A DNA stretch of 64,000 bases from positions 8,124,001 through 8,188,000 of the forward strand of contig NC_087252.1 in assembly GCF_037042905.1 (NCBI RefSeq), written 5' to 3'. This stretch comes from Lytechinus pictus. Taxonomy: Eukaryota. Every line of letters begins with the position of its first letter. Within the stretch, counting starts at the first letter, position 1. The notes beneath the pieces are model-generated. The model searched no databases. It was not told where the DNA came from and saw nothing but the letters and a program-made list of their open reading frames with translations. Position numbers and translations under genes: made by a program. Of this stretch, positions 36,401 through 50,608 are shown piece after piece.

Positions 36401-38818
36401 TTTCTGTGAAAGAATGTGTACATCGTCATTACGGTACACATGTTTTTGGCAATAGCGATTCCAGCTTTGCTTTTGCACTGTGTAAAGGCTGTGAAATTCT
36501 GATTATTGGTCAAAGGACAGGTCAACTTACTTATATTATATTACGTTATTTGACAGTTGTTTTTAGCTGTCTATGAAATGCCAAAATGTTTAGATTTTAA
36601 GGTTTAAAAGCCCACATCGATAATATTACACTGTAAGCGAATCATTTCCTCTTTCTCTACCATACAAACTTCTTAACAGTATTATGAGCTACTCGAGCAA
36701 AGAGAAAGTCAATCTCACTAAGTAGAAATGCTTCAAACTGCATTTTCATATCATTGGCAAGTATTTCTCTATAAATTCATGGAGAAGTATGCAAAATATC
36801 TGTAGGTATCGTTAGCATCTTACCCTGGTTTCTTAACCCCCTTTTATGTATACCAATAAAGTACTACGATGTAAGAAATATTGTGTATTCTTGGGCGTAC
36901 ATGAAAAGGAGGTTTTAAAACTGCATATCACTGTGCATCATTATTTCATGATGTATTGGAATGTTTATGCCCAGGGTGTTTGACTTGGGTATTGGATAAG
37001 TTTGTCATGAAGAAGCTAGAGAATCATTTGAAAATTCACACTGCTTTTATAAGAGAAATATTGACTAGTCCAGATTGATTGTTGCCCAGTGTAAAGTGCT
37101 TAATACGATTTCGGTCTGTATTAAGAAAACTAATGAGCAAGAACAATAACCTGTGCCTAAGAAAGCGAGGCTTACTGCAAAATAAATCATTGCTTGAAAA
37201 TATATGTAGCCTTTTACTCACTCCTGCACCCTGGGCACTTTGCAGAGTGGATTTGGTGCATTACAAATGCCATCTATTATTATTATTATTCATACATGCA
37301 ATTGAGTGTGTGAGTGTTAAAACTGCCCCAGACCATCTCTTGGCAAAGTTTAGTTGAACATGGGATATTTATATAATATTGACTGGCTTTGAGGGAGATA
37401 GCACATGTATTTCCTGAAGTAGTCTCGTATTACCTGAGTCTTGACGAGGGCAATATGGGTCTACTGAGGGAAATATAATGTGGTATCTCCAGAAATTGAA
37501 AGCCATTCAGTATTATTACCTATAGGCCTACAGCTGTATGATTTGTAATTCAAGCTATTATTGGTAACAATTTATGTCTGTTTGCCTGTTGGTACTTTTG
37601 AATTCAGGATATTCGTGAACTTGATGAAGTATCCTTGCTAAGTGACTTGAAGTGTATACAGCATCATGCTTGCGTGCACATACACTTGATGTGTCCACAT
37701 CTCTATGCGTGTACACCAGACCTGCACTAGGATTTGATGACATGGGAATACATGTAGGAATATCATGGCCCGATAGTTTATTATAGAGGCGCAATGGGAA
37801 AATGACAAATTTGTGGAGAAGGGGTGAATGTGTATTAGGGTTGCTAGTCATACAGCAGAACCCTGGCTGGTCCATCGTGACATATTTTGTGTTTAGTCAA
37901 TCAATCAGGCAGACAAATTATGCGTTAGTATCTTGTCTCCAAAATACCTCATTTAGCTAATGTTGCTTATACATGAGCCTATCTTGTGTGTAATTTACAT
38001 CCCAGAATTCCACCCAAAAGACCAGAAATGAATGAGAAAATCTGACCACATTCTCAATGGACATACACAAAATTGCTTTGTTTTTCTAGATTTACTCAAA
38101 ATAAACTATCATGGACTTTGGTCATTCATATATTCATATACTTAATTGCTTGCCTGGTCATGAAATACTGTACTGGATTAGATACAATTACCAAGAAACT
38201 GCCAGAGAACCAAGCTTTTATAGGTAAAATTGTCTGAAAAAAGAAACTGTCATTGAGTATTAAGTCTTGCGTGAAAGAAGAATGCAGAGAATGTTTATCT
38301 TAATGACTTTCCTAGAAGAGGCATAAAAATGCATTTACACATTTTGATTGATTTAATCATTGAATAGTATTTAAAATGACATATTTAGCAATTTAGTTTG
38401 ATTATTATTATTTGGAAAATCCTCAATATTTGAGAACAATTGATTTTGGATGATGCTAATTTGTAGGTATGATAGTCGTGTAATTATGTATTCATAAATT
38501 GCAAGATATGTATATCTGTTTCATGTAAATATCTGTCAGTATTGTTTATTTATTGTATAGTATTCAGTTACTGTATTTGTAAAGTGACAACCTTGAGGTT
38601 AAATTGTAGCCGTCCTATTTAAAGTATTCAGTCAAAGTACTGTATTTATTGTTTTGTACAAATATTAATTCTTATTGAATTATTGTGGAATTATCAATTG
38701 AAAGATGTTTGAAATGGACAGAAGTGTAACGTATTGTGTGCTCGCTATTACCTTGCATTTCTCTTTGAGATTTTTTTTTCTTTTTGTTGTAAGAAATGAT
38801 GATACAACAAGAAAACTG

Positions 38819-39030
38819 GGGGGTGTTTCCCAAAGATTTAAGTATAACTTAGAGTACCACTTAAATACCGAGTTGCGTACGGTATGAAAGGCTTGACCGC
38901 ATTGATCAGATTGTGTCATGAGGACGCGCACTACTGCGTATCTATCGATAACATCGTGCGTTGCATATCATGTACGCGTCGGCATTTAAGTGCCACTTAA
39001 GTCATACTTAAATCTTTGTGAAACACCCCC
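38819..39030. mobile_element. Harbinger-like MITE
   Basis: GGGGGGTGTTTC / GAAACACCCCC termini with CWG flanks. Confidence 0.6.
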
Positions 39031-40001
39031 CAGATCCTTTATTGAAGTCAAAGCAAATAGTTTAAATTTGATTTTATCTCTGAGTTTTATGAAAATGCAT
39101 CTACTTTCTTTAAAATCTGGAGATTGAAATTTTGTTTAATTTGTCTCAACTTTTACCTCTTAGAATTCAGATTTGTTTCTATTAAACACCTCTAATAAAG
39201 GTAATATTATCCAGGTCATAAACTTATTTTTTTTTTGAGTAAAAAGAACCCCCACACACACACAAAAAATCATATTGATACGTTTATTTTGTGTTTATTT
39301 GTATTTCAGATTAGTGAGAGAAAATTTACTACATTACATTACAGAAATGTGACAAATTCAAATGCCAAACTATATTTATTTTTATTTTGAATTCTTTTTT
39401 TATTGCTGGAGATATCAAGTTTTATTTTTTAGATGAATGATAAATATCAACCATATACAAATTTTTGATATGTCTATGGGAAATTTGTATTGACAAAATG
39501 CTGAGTATTCATAAACTTGCCTTTTCTTTTTTATTTTGTTTTTAAGCTCTTTTTAATGATATTCTCCATAATAATATTGGGGCTGTTTTCATGATTATGA
39601 ATGAATAATAAGTGTGAATGATTCCTTCATTTGCGATTGATAGAAGGTTAATAATAAGAATGTGATTGCATAGTGACCAACCACCCCTAACCACCAATAA
39701 ATCGACAGGGAAGGTTCTCTGTAATAGCCAAAATAGTAAATTGGTCTTCAAAAAAACAAAATTCAAAACTTAGCTTCCTGGAAGAGTATTTCTTCATCTT
39801 TACCCTGTAAAAATGTCAAGTTAAGTTGAATATAAAACAAATTACAAGAGTCTCTTTGGCACAAGTTTTTTGCAGACTGCTTGGAAGTTTTATTGAAATT
39901 GCACAGTGTGCACATCTCATGCTTGAGTGAACACAAACTTCAAATACTGTTTTCTCCTTATTTTCTGAAGCTCTCGCTTTTCTCCTTCTGCATTCAATTA
40001 A

Positions 40002-40395
40002 AGAGAAATTCCAGTATTTGCAGTAAACACTGATTTCATGAGAAAGTCTGTAAAACAAGGCTTAATTGTCAGTATATCATCGAGGATCTAGATCTGGTAC
40101 AGTTACATAAACTGAACTTTGTGAAATCTTGAAATCTACGCTGAAAAATGTTCACACTGAAGATCACCAACACAGATAGGCACACGTGGGACAGTGTATT
40201 ATTATTGCTAAAATAAAGACCCGACGGAAGTGACCGAATCCGCGCTTATTTTGCTTATTTCTCAGCAATTACACAATTTCTTCCAGAATCCTTTGGCACA
40301 TATTTTTTATTCATACAAACAGACACTTAGATGGTCATTATATTAGATTCTGTAAAAAGTCATTTTTAGATCGTTACCAAAACTGGAATTTATCT
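40002..40395. mobile_element. Kolobok-like MITE
   Basis: TTAA|AGAGAAATTCCAGT ... ACTGGAATTTATCT|TTAA. Confidence 0.7.
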
Positions 40396-42074
40396 TTAAG
40401 TATTTGAGTTATTGTTGATAAAGTCATATATCATTTTAAAACTTAAACTCAATGAAAATCTCAAAATTCTTTTTTTTGGCCACTTATTGTTGGATTTGGG
40501 TGGCTGGTCACATATTATATTACATATTGCAAGGTCAGGCAAGGTCCTATTCTCTTTCATGAATAATGAATTTGAATTGGTTAGTATGAATGAAATTTAT
40601 CCATTGCAATTCATTTCATTTCACTAGCACTCTATAAGCCAGTTCACGGTTAGCTCATGATCAACTTTTCTCAAATGACCTTTGTGATTTTTCATTAGGA
40701 TAAGCACTATAATTTTCAAATGTAGATGTTGCGTAAGCTTTACCGGTAGAGTATTCAAATTCTAAGAACAAAAGGCATTGAATAGACCAGGTGACTAGAA
40801 TAGTACATCAGGGATAAAGTTTGGAAATCTATTTTATTGTCTGCCTTTGGCACATTTGACTATTGTTTAGGCTACTGTCAAATACCAGTGATTATGAAGG
40901 CTCTATTTATTACTCTTCAGCTTGGATGTGATAAATATTTTGAAAGGAATACATGACTAATCATCAAATCACAAATGCCTATGTCAGTGAATTTGAAAGC
41001 CACCTTCATGGTTGTCTCCAATGACCTTTTTCTGCTCGTGCGCAGTTTACAACCGTGAACAGGCTTATTGGACATGTTCTGCTTTTATTTCAAGATATAT
41101 TTTATTAGGTTTATTAAATGATGTGATTGATTACATGAATGTCTGTCGACCACATGAACTTCCCTGAGATTTACAGATATTGTAAAAGGTCAGACCTGCT
41201 TTGTTTAACAAATGGATTTTGGTAAATAATTATTTTATTGACTGCTCCTAATTATGTTTTTACTTTTCTCCTTTAACCTCAAACTGAGGAAATTCAACTG
41301 TTGTTTGGAGGCATTATATAAGTGCTCTTACATTTGACGTTTGTTCAAAGAAGAAAATGTAAAGTAATGATATTTTGTGGGGTTTAAAAAAAATCTTTAT
41401 TTTCTGTGTACTTTTTAAAATCTAAATGTGATAAATTCTTATCCATTTCCTGTTTTATTAGGAAAAATTGATTTATTGAATAGAGTATGAAATACTTTTT
41501 GTGAAAAAGTCTTGTAGATTTATGTAAATGGTATTCACACCGAAATTCTAACGAGCATACTATAAGTGTGTGCTATGCCAGTTTCATGCAAAAACATTGT
41601 AAATATTTATTTTAATGATGTGTGAAATTCTATAAAGATAGTTTACTGTAACGTATATTTGTGATCAGGCTTCTTGTATAAAGGTCTTGAATACAAGTGT
41701 AATTAATAAGGAGAGATAAAAAAAAACGCTTGAAAGGGGGGAAATGAGAGAAAGCTGATGGAGAGGAAAAAATATTCAGAGATGTAAGTCATAAATGGGA
41801 AGAGAGAGAAAGAAAGGGGACGGGAGAGCAAGAGGGAAGAGACGGGTGTTTGGACGACAAGAAAGAAGAGAATGTGAGCATAAAAAGAGAGAAAAAGGAA
41901 GAGAGAGAGAGTGAGAGAAAGACGGAGAGAGAGAGAGAGAGGGGGGGGGGGGGGGGCGGAGAATGAATAGTGAATAGAGGGAGAGAGGGTGAAGCGGTAC
42001 AAAAAAAGGCCCATTTTGTTTTTAGGATTGCATGAGTGTGAGCATCCCCTCAAAATGATCTTCTGAGCACTATG

Positions 42075-42366
42075 GAGATGTACAATTATTTCGTTACGAG
42101 TTATTGAAATGATGTACTACTTTCATGATTGTTCAATCCATGCAATTATGATAAAATAGATATTAATGACATCAAAATAAATAAACACAAACGCGATTAA
42201 GGATAAATAAATAAATAAATAGAGATGTACAATTATTTCGTTACGAGTCATCGAGATGATGCACCATTTTCATGATTGTTCAATCAATGCAACAATGATA
42301 AAATAGAAATTAATGACATCAAAAGAAAAACCCATAGGCGATTTAGGATAAATAAGTAAGTAAATA
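42075..42366. repeat. Direct tandem duplication of ~147 bp
   Basis: GAGATGTACAATTATTTCGTTACGAGT... at 42075 and 42222, each ending in (TAAA)n. Confidence 0.85.
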
Positions 42367-43786
42367 AAAAAAAAGTTTATTAGTTTATTTATAATCTATA
42401 CAGTCCATCTGAATGAATCAGCCAAGTTTTTGTTCACACAATAAATAAAGGAAAAATGTCCTGCGGAATATTTATAGAGATTCCCGGGAGAGAGGCTATA
42501 CCCCAAATCTAAGTTCTGTTTACTTCGTTGCATAGCAACATACAACTGTTATCGGCGGGACTTTCATCGCTCTTCGATAACCGGTTAGCATAACAATAGA
42601 CTATTATTGCCCAGTAAATCTTATGAATAGGAACTCAAATCGTCTTGACTTTTGTCCCCTCCCACTCGACTGTATAGAGGCGTATCAGGGAGTGAGGGGA
42701 AAAAGAGGCAAAATAAAATTCCACTCTCCATTCATGAAGAAGAAAAAAAACAGTATATATTCTGTTACCATGACAATATAGCCCTCATCATGTCAATATA
42801 GAAGTTTCACGTTTGGGATTGTTTTGAGAGAAGGGGTAAAGTTGAGATTAATATGAGAGGGGTAACTTTGCACCCCTTTCAGTCCCTGCATGCGACCTAT
42901 AAGGTCAAATTATGAATGGGAGTGTGTGCCAACACGACGCGTGAAGGTTGTACCGTGTTTATCAGCTGTCTCACAATGACATAATGTATGTTGCGAAGAG
43001 AGTGTGTATATTGGATATGATTCATGTTATTCAAATTCGCGATACCTGCAAAAAACTTAATTTTATGATAATTTTGGTCGACCATATTTTCAGAATTACG
43101 AATTCAACGATGATATTTTAAAGGTAAATGTCAGTTCCTGGATAAACTTTACATTGGAGAACTTCGTTTTTGGTTTGTTGGATATGCATTGAGAGACAGA
43201 CAATTGGTAAGTGAATTTCGATTAGAGAGTGTGTATATATATAGTCACACTTCGCAATAATCTGAGTATAAAAATGACACTTCATCATACTTCGTAATCT
43301 TCCAAAATTAAACAAATACATACAATCGAGTAATATCTGTAAATTTGTCAGTATTTCGAGTGTCAATGCAACATGTACTTTCGCATACTAGACTCTATGT
43401 TTGAAATATCTGATGCGAGCTAATACCAGGCCAACAGGGATGAGGGTTTCCGAAAATAACATAGTAGACAGAAAATCGGTGCAGGGCCTATGTCTAATAT
43501 TTAAATGTCTTTTAAACGATTCTTGCGATATTATTCATTGGTAAAATGTATCTTGAATTACATTATGTACAGAAATGTACGGGATAAAAGGGTTAAATCG
43601 AAGCCATAAGCTCCTTTTGAAAATAATATAAACACTTCAGTCAGATTACAGTTATAACAACAAATATGAAAATGTAATCAATACTGGTTAAAATCGCATG
43701 TGGTTCAACAGAATCAATGGAATTATACTATTTTCACAAGTCGACCAATAAGGTGAGTGCGGGAATGCATGGGGGGGGGGGGGGGG

Positions 43787-44021
43787 CACTAGCGTACCTA
43801 CGGGGGGGGGGGGGCAGGGGGCCCTGACGAGCCACAACCCATACAAAAAACATATCCCTGCCCCTCTGACGAGCTTGAAGACCTTTTTTGAATTTTTTTT
43901 AATTTTTTGCTACGAAAACCTTTATTTTTTATTGAAGACTTTTTTTTTTTGCTTGTCAATTTTTTTGGCGGCCGATTTTGCCCCCCCCCCGTGGAAAATC
44001 CTACATGTAGGTACGCCACTG
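43787..44021. mobile_element. hAT-like MITE
   Basis: CACTAGCGTACCTAC / GTAGGTACGCCACTG termini. Confidence 0.55.
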
Positions 44022-45104
44022 GGGGGAGCAGCTCTGGCCTTTTTTCACGAATATTATACCACCAATAATTGAAATAAAAGCGAGAGAAATAGATTAAAGT
44101 GAGGGAGTTGACTTCTTGCTTTGCTCAAAACACTTCGAAGAGTGCATTTCGCCCCACCCCACCCCCACACACCAAAGCCATCGTGACGATATTTGCTTTA
44201 CACTGAGCTGTGATTTCCATGAAATGGCTTAGGCTTGATTTTCATTTTGTTAATCATTGTCAAGCTTGGGAAAAGTGTGGAGAAACAAGTATTAAATGAA
44301 AAATGATATTTAAACCCATTTTAAATGATAATAACTTAGTGAAAAAATACTGGAGATGTCTGATATAAACTTTTGTTTAGATTCAGTTATGTCCTCAGAT
44401 CCAGCTAGCACAAGAAGGGTTAAGGTTGTGCTTACTAAGTGTTGAAATTTCAATTTAGGTGGCAAAATTGTTACAAAATGCTTGAATGTATCCGTTTTAT
44501 TTCAATTGACTAAAAGTGCAAGGGAAATTTATGAGAAATGTTTCGCAGGGTAAGTTTGATTTCGCCCTCTCCCCTTGACACAGCGTGAAAACAAGCATTT
44601 CTGCGCAAACAGATTTTTGCGAGCTTTACAAAAATGGACAGTGCTCACTCAAGTGCAACATTCTGTCATAACTTTTAGTTTTATTGGATAGATGAGACCC
44701 AAACCCAAGAATATATGTGAAAAAAATACCCACATGTTATATATTGTTTTACTTCCCAGGGCTTTTTCAAAGTGTAAACTTTTTTTTGATACGCTCTTTA
44801 TAAATCATAAGGTAAAATAAGTTCATTATTTGTTGAAAAAAAAATCAAAACTTGGGAATAATTCACAGGTGGATCCGATATTTGGGGGAAACTCTTACAG
44901 AGCGTGCAAACAATGGCTTGGGGTATTAACATTTTCTCTAATAAAGTACGTAAAATGATAAATTTTAAGAAAATCTTTACGGTATTTTTTTCTTCATTTT
45001 TTAATCTTCCATTTAGGTTGAAGAAACTAAACATCGAACGGTTTATAGGAAACCTTATTTTGATACAACTCAATCTGTTTGTTGACGGCAATAAGACGAA
45101 CAAG

Positions 45105-45174
45105 ATGCCGAGAAACGGAGACGCTACTTCATACTACCAACTTAACTCAAATGTGCCCATCAAAGCTCCAGAAG
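45105..45174 (+). CDS. Death-domain protein, candidate first coding exon
   Basis: Acceptor atttag| at 45017; aagATG 45105; MPRNGDATSYYQLNSNVPIKAPE G|gtatga, phase 1, matching the next exon. Confidence 0.6.
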
Positions 45175-45820
45175 GTATGAATCCAGAGTGAATTAAGGAC
45201 AGGAGGGGGGGGGGGGTGCCCTACTGGAAATATTAGTGTCCCCGAGTGCGTTCTAAAGTGTGTTCGCAGTGTGGAGCACAATGTGAAATCACTTTCACGC
45301 TTCGAAATCTTTGTCGAAAATTGGCGAATCAAAACAGCATTTTATTCCATGGCTCTGGACAATAGACATGTTTGCAAATTTTTCGTCAGCTCCGAAACTT
45401 AGGACGAAACAGCTGTTCCGGTTCACAATTAAATTTTCGACAAAGACCTTCGAGCTGTTCATTGTCATTTGACGGATATTTTCAATACATAAATTTACTG
45501 TGTTCTGGAATCCTCTGTACGTCGCGGAGCGGAAAACTTCTTATTTACGCAAAGCATTATGATCAAAGTGCGATTGATCCGACCTTCGTGACGTAGGTCA
45601 CAAAACTTAAGGTTACACGTTTACTTTTAAGCTTGCTAGCATTGGTCGTTCTGTGTTAATTTTAATTCGCATTTATATTATGTTTATGCTTTGTTTCATT
45701 GCAAATACTTTATGATGTAATGCGCTTTTTACCTTTCCAAGAAAAAGCGCTGTAGAAATGTTATCATTATCAAAGTGATCATTTCACTTTTTTCTGATAA
45801 AAAAAAATCTCAGTTTGGTT

Positions 45821-46378
45821 CCGGGGGGGGGGGGGGGCACTTCCGTTGACGAGTGGATACCATGCGCGACCAAAAAAAACACGTAAAAAGGATGTCCTTT
45901 TCACGATAGGGCACGTTATGTACGTAACGTGATAAGGGTGTCAAAAACACAAAAATAATGAAAAAAGGGTATCTATTTCGCTAGGACAATTACGTGTTTA
46001 GGGTCGAATTTGCGGGGATGATAAATCAAAATTAAAATATTTTATAAAGGATGTCCTTTTTGCCCCAACACTTCGTGTTTAGAGTCCAATTTGCGCGAGG
46101 TGTAGAAGGTGGGGTCGTACTAAACCAAATAAGGTAAAGCCGACGACCGAAGGACCCGTAACAATAAAACATTCCTGTACTTGTTTAGGGGTTCATTTCA
46201 GGGAATATTTGCCAAGAGTATCGTTTTGTTTCCAATACTTGTTAAGGGTAGGGTTTCACACGCCAATACTTGTTAAGGGGTGCATTTTCAGAATATAGAA
46301 AATTACGTGTTTAGGGTGCTTTTCGAGACCCCATGGTCGCGCATGGTATCCACTCGTGAATGGAAGTGGCCCCCCGGG
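45821..46378 (-). mobile_element. CCC...GGG MITE family A, copy 2 (in the death-domain gene intron)
   Basis: Same TIR and body in reverse orientation; flanks share TTTGGTT. Confidence 0.85.
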
Positions 46379-46823
46379 TTTGGTTATTGAAAATGGGTTA
46401 AACATTAGGCTTATAGTGTAAAAATACAATCACAAAAGCTTCAAAGTTTTATGTAAAGGAGGTATTCAAAAACTTCGGAGATCTAAACCAAAGTTTGAAA
46501 ATAATTGGAGGTTGGTTTCAATGACAGCGAATCTGTGCACCACAACACACAAACTCTAGATGAAGCCAGCATGACCCACATACAGTGTGTGCAAGGTACT
46601 GTAAACTGAATGAACACTGCACCTAATAATAGTATGTGCATAGGAGATACACACAGCTAATGGGAAAATTGGGCATAAGCTGAATGCGTCTTACAGACGG
46701 TTGTCAAAATCAATCAATAAATTGCGACTTGTGTCTAAATTAGAGTTTTTCATCATATATTGTTGTCTGTGTCAGGTTTTTTTAAGGACAAAATAATGCA
46801 GGCACTCATACACATGTATCATC

Positions 46824-47371
46824 CCCGGGGGGGGGGGGGGCACTCAGTATATAATGCATAGTGGGTATGTGCCGCGGAGGGGACCCCCATTTTTACACGC
46901 AAATTTCCGTTCCAAGGCATAGCATTTTTGTCTTATTGAGAAAAAGAACAAAGAAAGCCGCTCCAAAGCATAGCATTTTCTTCTTATCGAGAAAAAAGAA
47001 GAAAGAAATCCGCTCCAAAGCTTCGCACATTTTTCGTTACGCCGTTCCGGTCGCATTGATCTGCTACAAGGAGCTGCATTTTGGTGAAAAGCGGCCGCAG
47101 AGCGCTGTCCGACCATCGCCTCTGCGCGAGCGCACCCGGCGGTGGCCGCGCTAATTGCATCATGCACGCATGCCCGTTCCATAGGGATGCATACGCACTC
47201 ATCACAGGCTGGCGATCCGTTCCAAGGACCCCCGTTTTACAAACATTTGTAGTTCCGAAGCCAGTTCCGAGGACCCTCCTTTTTAAAATTAGCCCGCTCC
47301 AAGGCCCCCGTTTTTTGTCTCGCCCGCGGCACACCCCTACCACATTTTTGGTCGAGTGCCCTCCCCCCGGG
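46824..47371. mobile_element. CCC...GGG MITE family B
   Basis: CCCGGGG...GCACTC / GAGTGC...CCCCGGG termini; perfect 8-bp TSD GTATCATC; internal TTCCAAGG/CTCCAAAG repeats. Confidence 0.82.
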
Positions 47372-47559
47372 GTATCATCTTAGTTTGAGAATTTTTTAAA
47401 TCAGCTGCTCACATGTGAAACGATCCCTTTGATATTATTATCATTATTATCAGTAGTAGTATTAGTATCTCGACGCAATCACACGATATTTGGAAATAAA
47501 ACCCATGATGATATTCCATATCACTTGCATTCTCTTCTATTCCTTTTCTCACTCTGTAG

Positions 47560-47861
47560 GTCCGCTCAGTGACCAAGTTCTGTGGACGATCGCGACAAAC
47601 CTCACAAACCGATGGTACGAGCTCGCCTACGCCCTCAATCTCCCCGACACCGAGCTCGCCCGCATCGACCATCTCTTCCCTCCACAACCCGAGCATGACC
47701 GTCATTTTAGTGCCCTGAGGGATTGGCGATTCAGATCACTGAAACTCATACCTCCCCACCAGGCGGCAATGGAACTGTCCAATAGTATGATGAAGCTTGG
47801 ACGTAATGATTTGAGCAATTTCGTCTTGTATAAATACCAGGAGGCGTTACAATGTTCTTGA
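47560..47861 (+). CDS. Death-domain-containing protein, last exon
   Basis: ctctgtag| phase 1; LSDQVLWTIATNLTNRWYELAYALNLPDTELARID...ALRDWR...LSNSMMKLGRNDL fits the death-domain pattern (W..LA..L, L..W, LGR.D); TGA at 47859-47861. Confidence 0.8.
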
Positions 47862-48583
47862 GTTAGTATAATCCTAGGCCTTTATTACTTAAACGAGAAG
47901 TTAGTTTATAAAGAGGATAAAATAGAAGACACTTTCACAAAAAGTAACAAAACTTCAAAAAACTGAGAAATAGTTTAGATTTTTTTCGGGGAGGTGCTCT
48001 TTTAAGGGTCAATTTTATTTTCTTTTAGCTTTGTAATTTGATCTGAAGCGCCTTGAGCATCTAATTAAGCTGGAAAGTCCGTTGTACAAATTGAAATTCT
48101 ATGTATCAAATTGTTATGATGATGATGACTATTATAATTTTTATTACATTCATTGATCTTTCATGCTGACTTGAATTATAATGAATTAAAGGTGCAATAT
48201 TAAAATACATGACAACTGAGGGGATCCTTATATATTTTCGTGAATAATTTTGTCAATGATTTTAACCGACAGATGTTATAAGCTACTGAAATTCGTTGCA
48301 TTTGATTGGCTCAGAGCAAATTAGTCAGTGAAAATCAATTGCAAAATTTATCATCACGTTCATGACATGCTTTCTTGAATGTTAATTTGTAGTAATTGGT
48401 TATATGTATCTGTACCATGTTTATGTTTACATGTTCATGCTTTCATATAAATGATTATTTTATTAGGAATAATATGAATTTTCGTTTTTCTCATTATTTC
48501 TTGGTCATATCTCTAATTTCAAAATGAAATGTTGATTTAATCGTGGAAGCAAACAATGACAGCCTTCATAGGAAAAAAAGAAT

Positions 48584-48630
48584 ATACACACACACCCTCC
48601 CTCACCCTCACACACACACACCCACACACC

Positions 48631-48680
<50 letters not shown>
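48584..48680. repeat. (CA)n(TA)n compound microsatellite
   Basis: Directly visible. Confidence 0.9.
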
Positions 48681-48905
48681 AATGTAAACAGGCATCTAAT
48701 CCTTAACGTGACTCTGTCTTGTACCAAATACTTGACGAAAAAATGACAAGACGATTAGACGTTGCTGATAGACCACAATTTATTCCAAGCTTTCGGCTTT
48801 AAGCTTTCTTCATGGGTTCTATATAAGCGAAAACGAACGAAACATATGATTAGTACAGAGGGAGAAACAGATGGGCACATACATGTACAGATATGATAAC
48901 ATATA

Positions 48906-50267
48906 CAGTGTGTATAAAAAAACGGGACAGTTTAGAAAAGTCTATCAAAATTTTGTTTCAAATCATGATGTCTATATTTTGATGTTAATAGATCCTCTGA
49001 TGTCTTATCTTTCTAATGCTTTAAAAATATAGTTTCGTTCATGCTTGAGCGAACACAAGACGTTTTTGTGAGGGGTTAAAAAAAGGCTTGCGCCAAATGC
49101 CAGAAAATTTGAAAATATTGATCATCAGACTTCTTGCTAGTTTTTTATTCAATTTGCTCTCATTTCTTTATTTCTGCATCAATTATATTCATACTTGATA
49201 AATATTATCATTGGATAATGTTACATATCTGTCTTTGAGGATGATGAGGTCGAAGGTCGTCAACGGGTCAAAAGATATGTGGTCATGTCCATCAATTTTG
49301 AAGTTTTTGTTCAACTTGCTCTGATTTCTTTATTTCTCTGCATCAATCATGTTCATACTTGGCACATATTCTTGGGTGGGTAATAATACATGTGTATCCA
49401 TGAGGATGATGGGGTCAAAGGTCGTCTAGGGGTCAAAAGATTATATTACATATTTTAATCATCGCGAAATCAGGCGAGACTTATGGTTCGCAAACCACCT
49501 TGTTTCATTCAAATATGTTATCTTTTAGCATTGAATATTCTTTCATAAGTAAGAACAAAAATTGTCAACCTAAGCAAGGAGATATCCATTATTAATAGAA
49601 GAGCTTGTAATTTATTCATTTCCTTTTTATTATGTGCAACAAAGGTTATGGTGCAATTGAAAGACATGGATCCTGTTGTAAAGGGAAAATTGACTCCTTG
49701 CCAACAAGTCAAATTGTGTGCTTGACAGGATTATAATAATTCTAGCAGAAGGATTCATGTCTTTCAAAGGCACCAACACCTTTGGAGCCCACAATAAAGG
49801 GATTTGATCAAATTACAAACTATCCCATTAATAATACGAATCCCCTTACTTGGGTTGACAATTTTTTGTTTTCGCTTATGAAAAGACATTCAATGCTAAA
49901 AGATACAATTTTTTAAAAACACCAACAAAACAATTGAAGTAAATGAATACATTTGTAAATGGATTTTGAGAGCATAATTCGAAAATTATGGCGGAGATAA
50001 TAAAATGATCAAAAGGAAGCTTGCTGATTAGCAAGAAGTCTGATGATCAGTATTTTCTAATTTTAGTGCTGTTTGGCGCAAGCCTTTTCTTGAACCCCTC
50101 ACAAAAGTGTTCCGTGTGCACTCGAGCATGAACGAAACTGATATTTTCAATGACATTGGAAAAATAAGACTTTAGACCATCTATGAACAACAAAATATAG
50201 ACATCATAATTTGAAACAAAATGTTGATAGACTTTTCAAAACTGTCCCGTTTTTTTGATACGCACTG
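48906..50267. mobile_element. Tc1/mariner-like MITE with an internal ~370-bp insert (~49140-49505)
   Basis: TA|CAGTG...ACGGGACAGTTT.GAAAAGTCTATCAA and inverse ending CACTG|TA; long inverted arms. Confidence 0.75.
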
Positions 50268-50608
50268 TATAATAACAACGTCGTATATAACGTCGCTGAA
50301 TCCACGAAGTGCCACAACGTCCCCAAATCACGCGAAAAGTCAATTTTGAGTTTCTTTCAGTTTTACTATTGTCTAGCTATGGTCTATCATTTCACCGAAA
50401 TCTAGAACCCATTTCTCTCTAATTAATGAAATAATTAAAGTGAAAAATCGACACAAGAAATTCTTTGTAAAAAAAATCAAAGAAGTGACACACAGGTGCG
50501 CGCCGTTTCTCTGCACAAAACGACACATGTGTTTGAATCACTACTAAGTCAAGATTTGATGTCCATTCACTGGGCTGTAAATATATCTCTCTTTTTGCAA
50601 TAGGGTAG

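Noticed and set aside
46844..47383. Cluster of overlapping GC-rich ORFs
   Set aside because: They coincide with a TSD-flanked MITE and show no protein motifs.
48775..48825. Penelope-type hammerhead ribozyme on the minus strand (ATGAAGA...CCGAAAGCTT)
   Set aside because: The core CUGANGA is mutated and no valid NUH cleavage triplet or stem I is evident; at most a decayed retroelement end.
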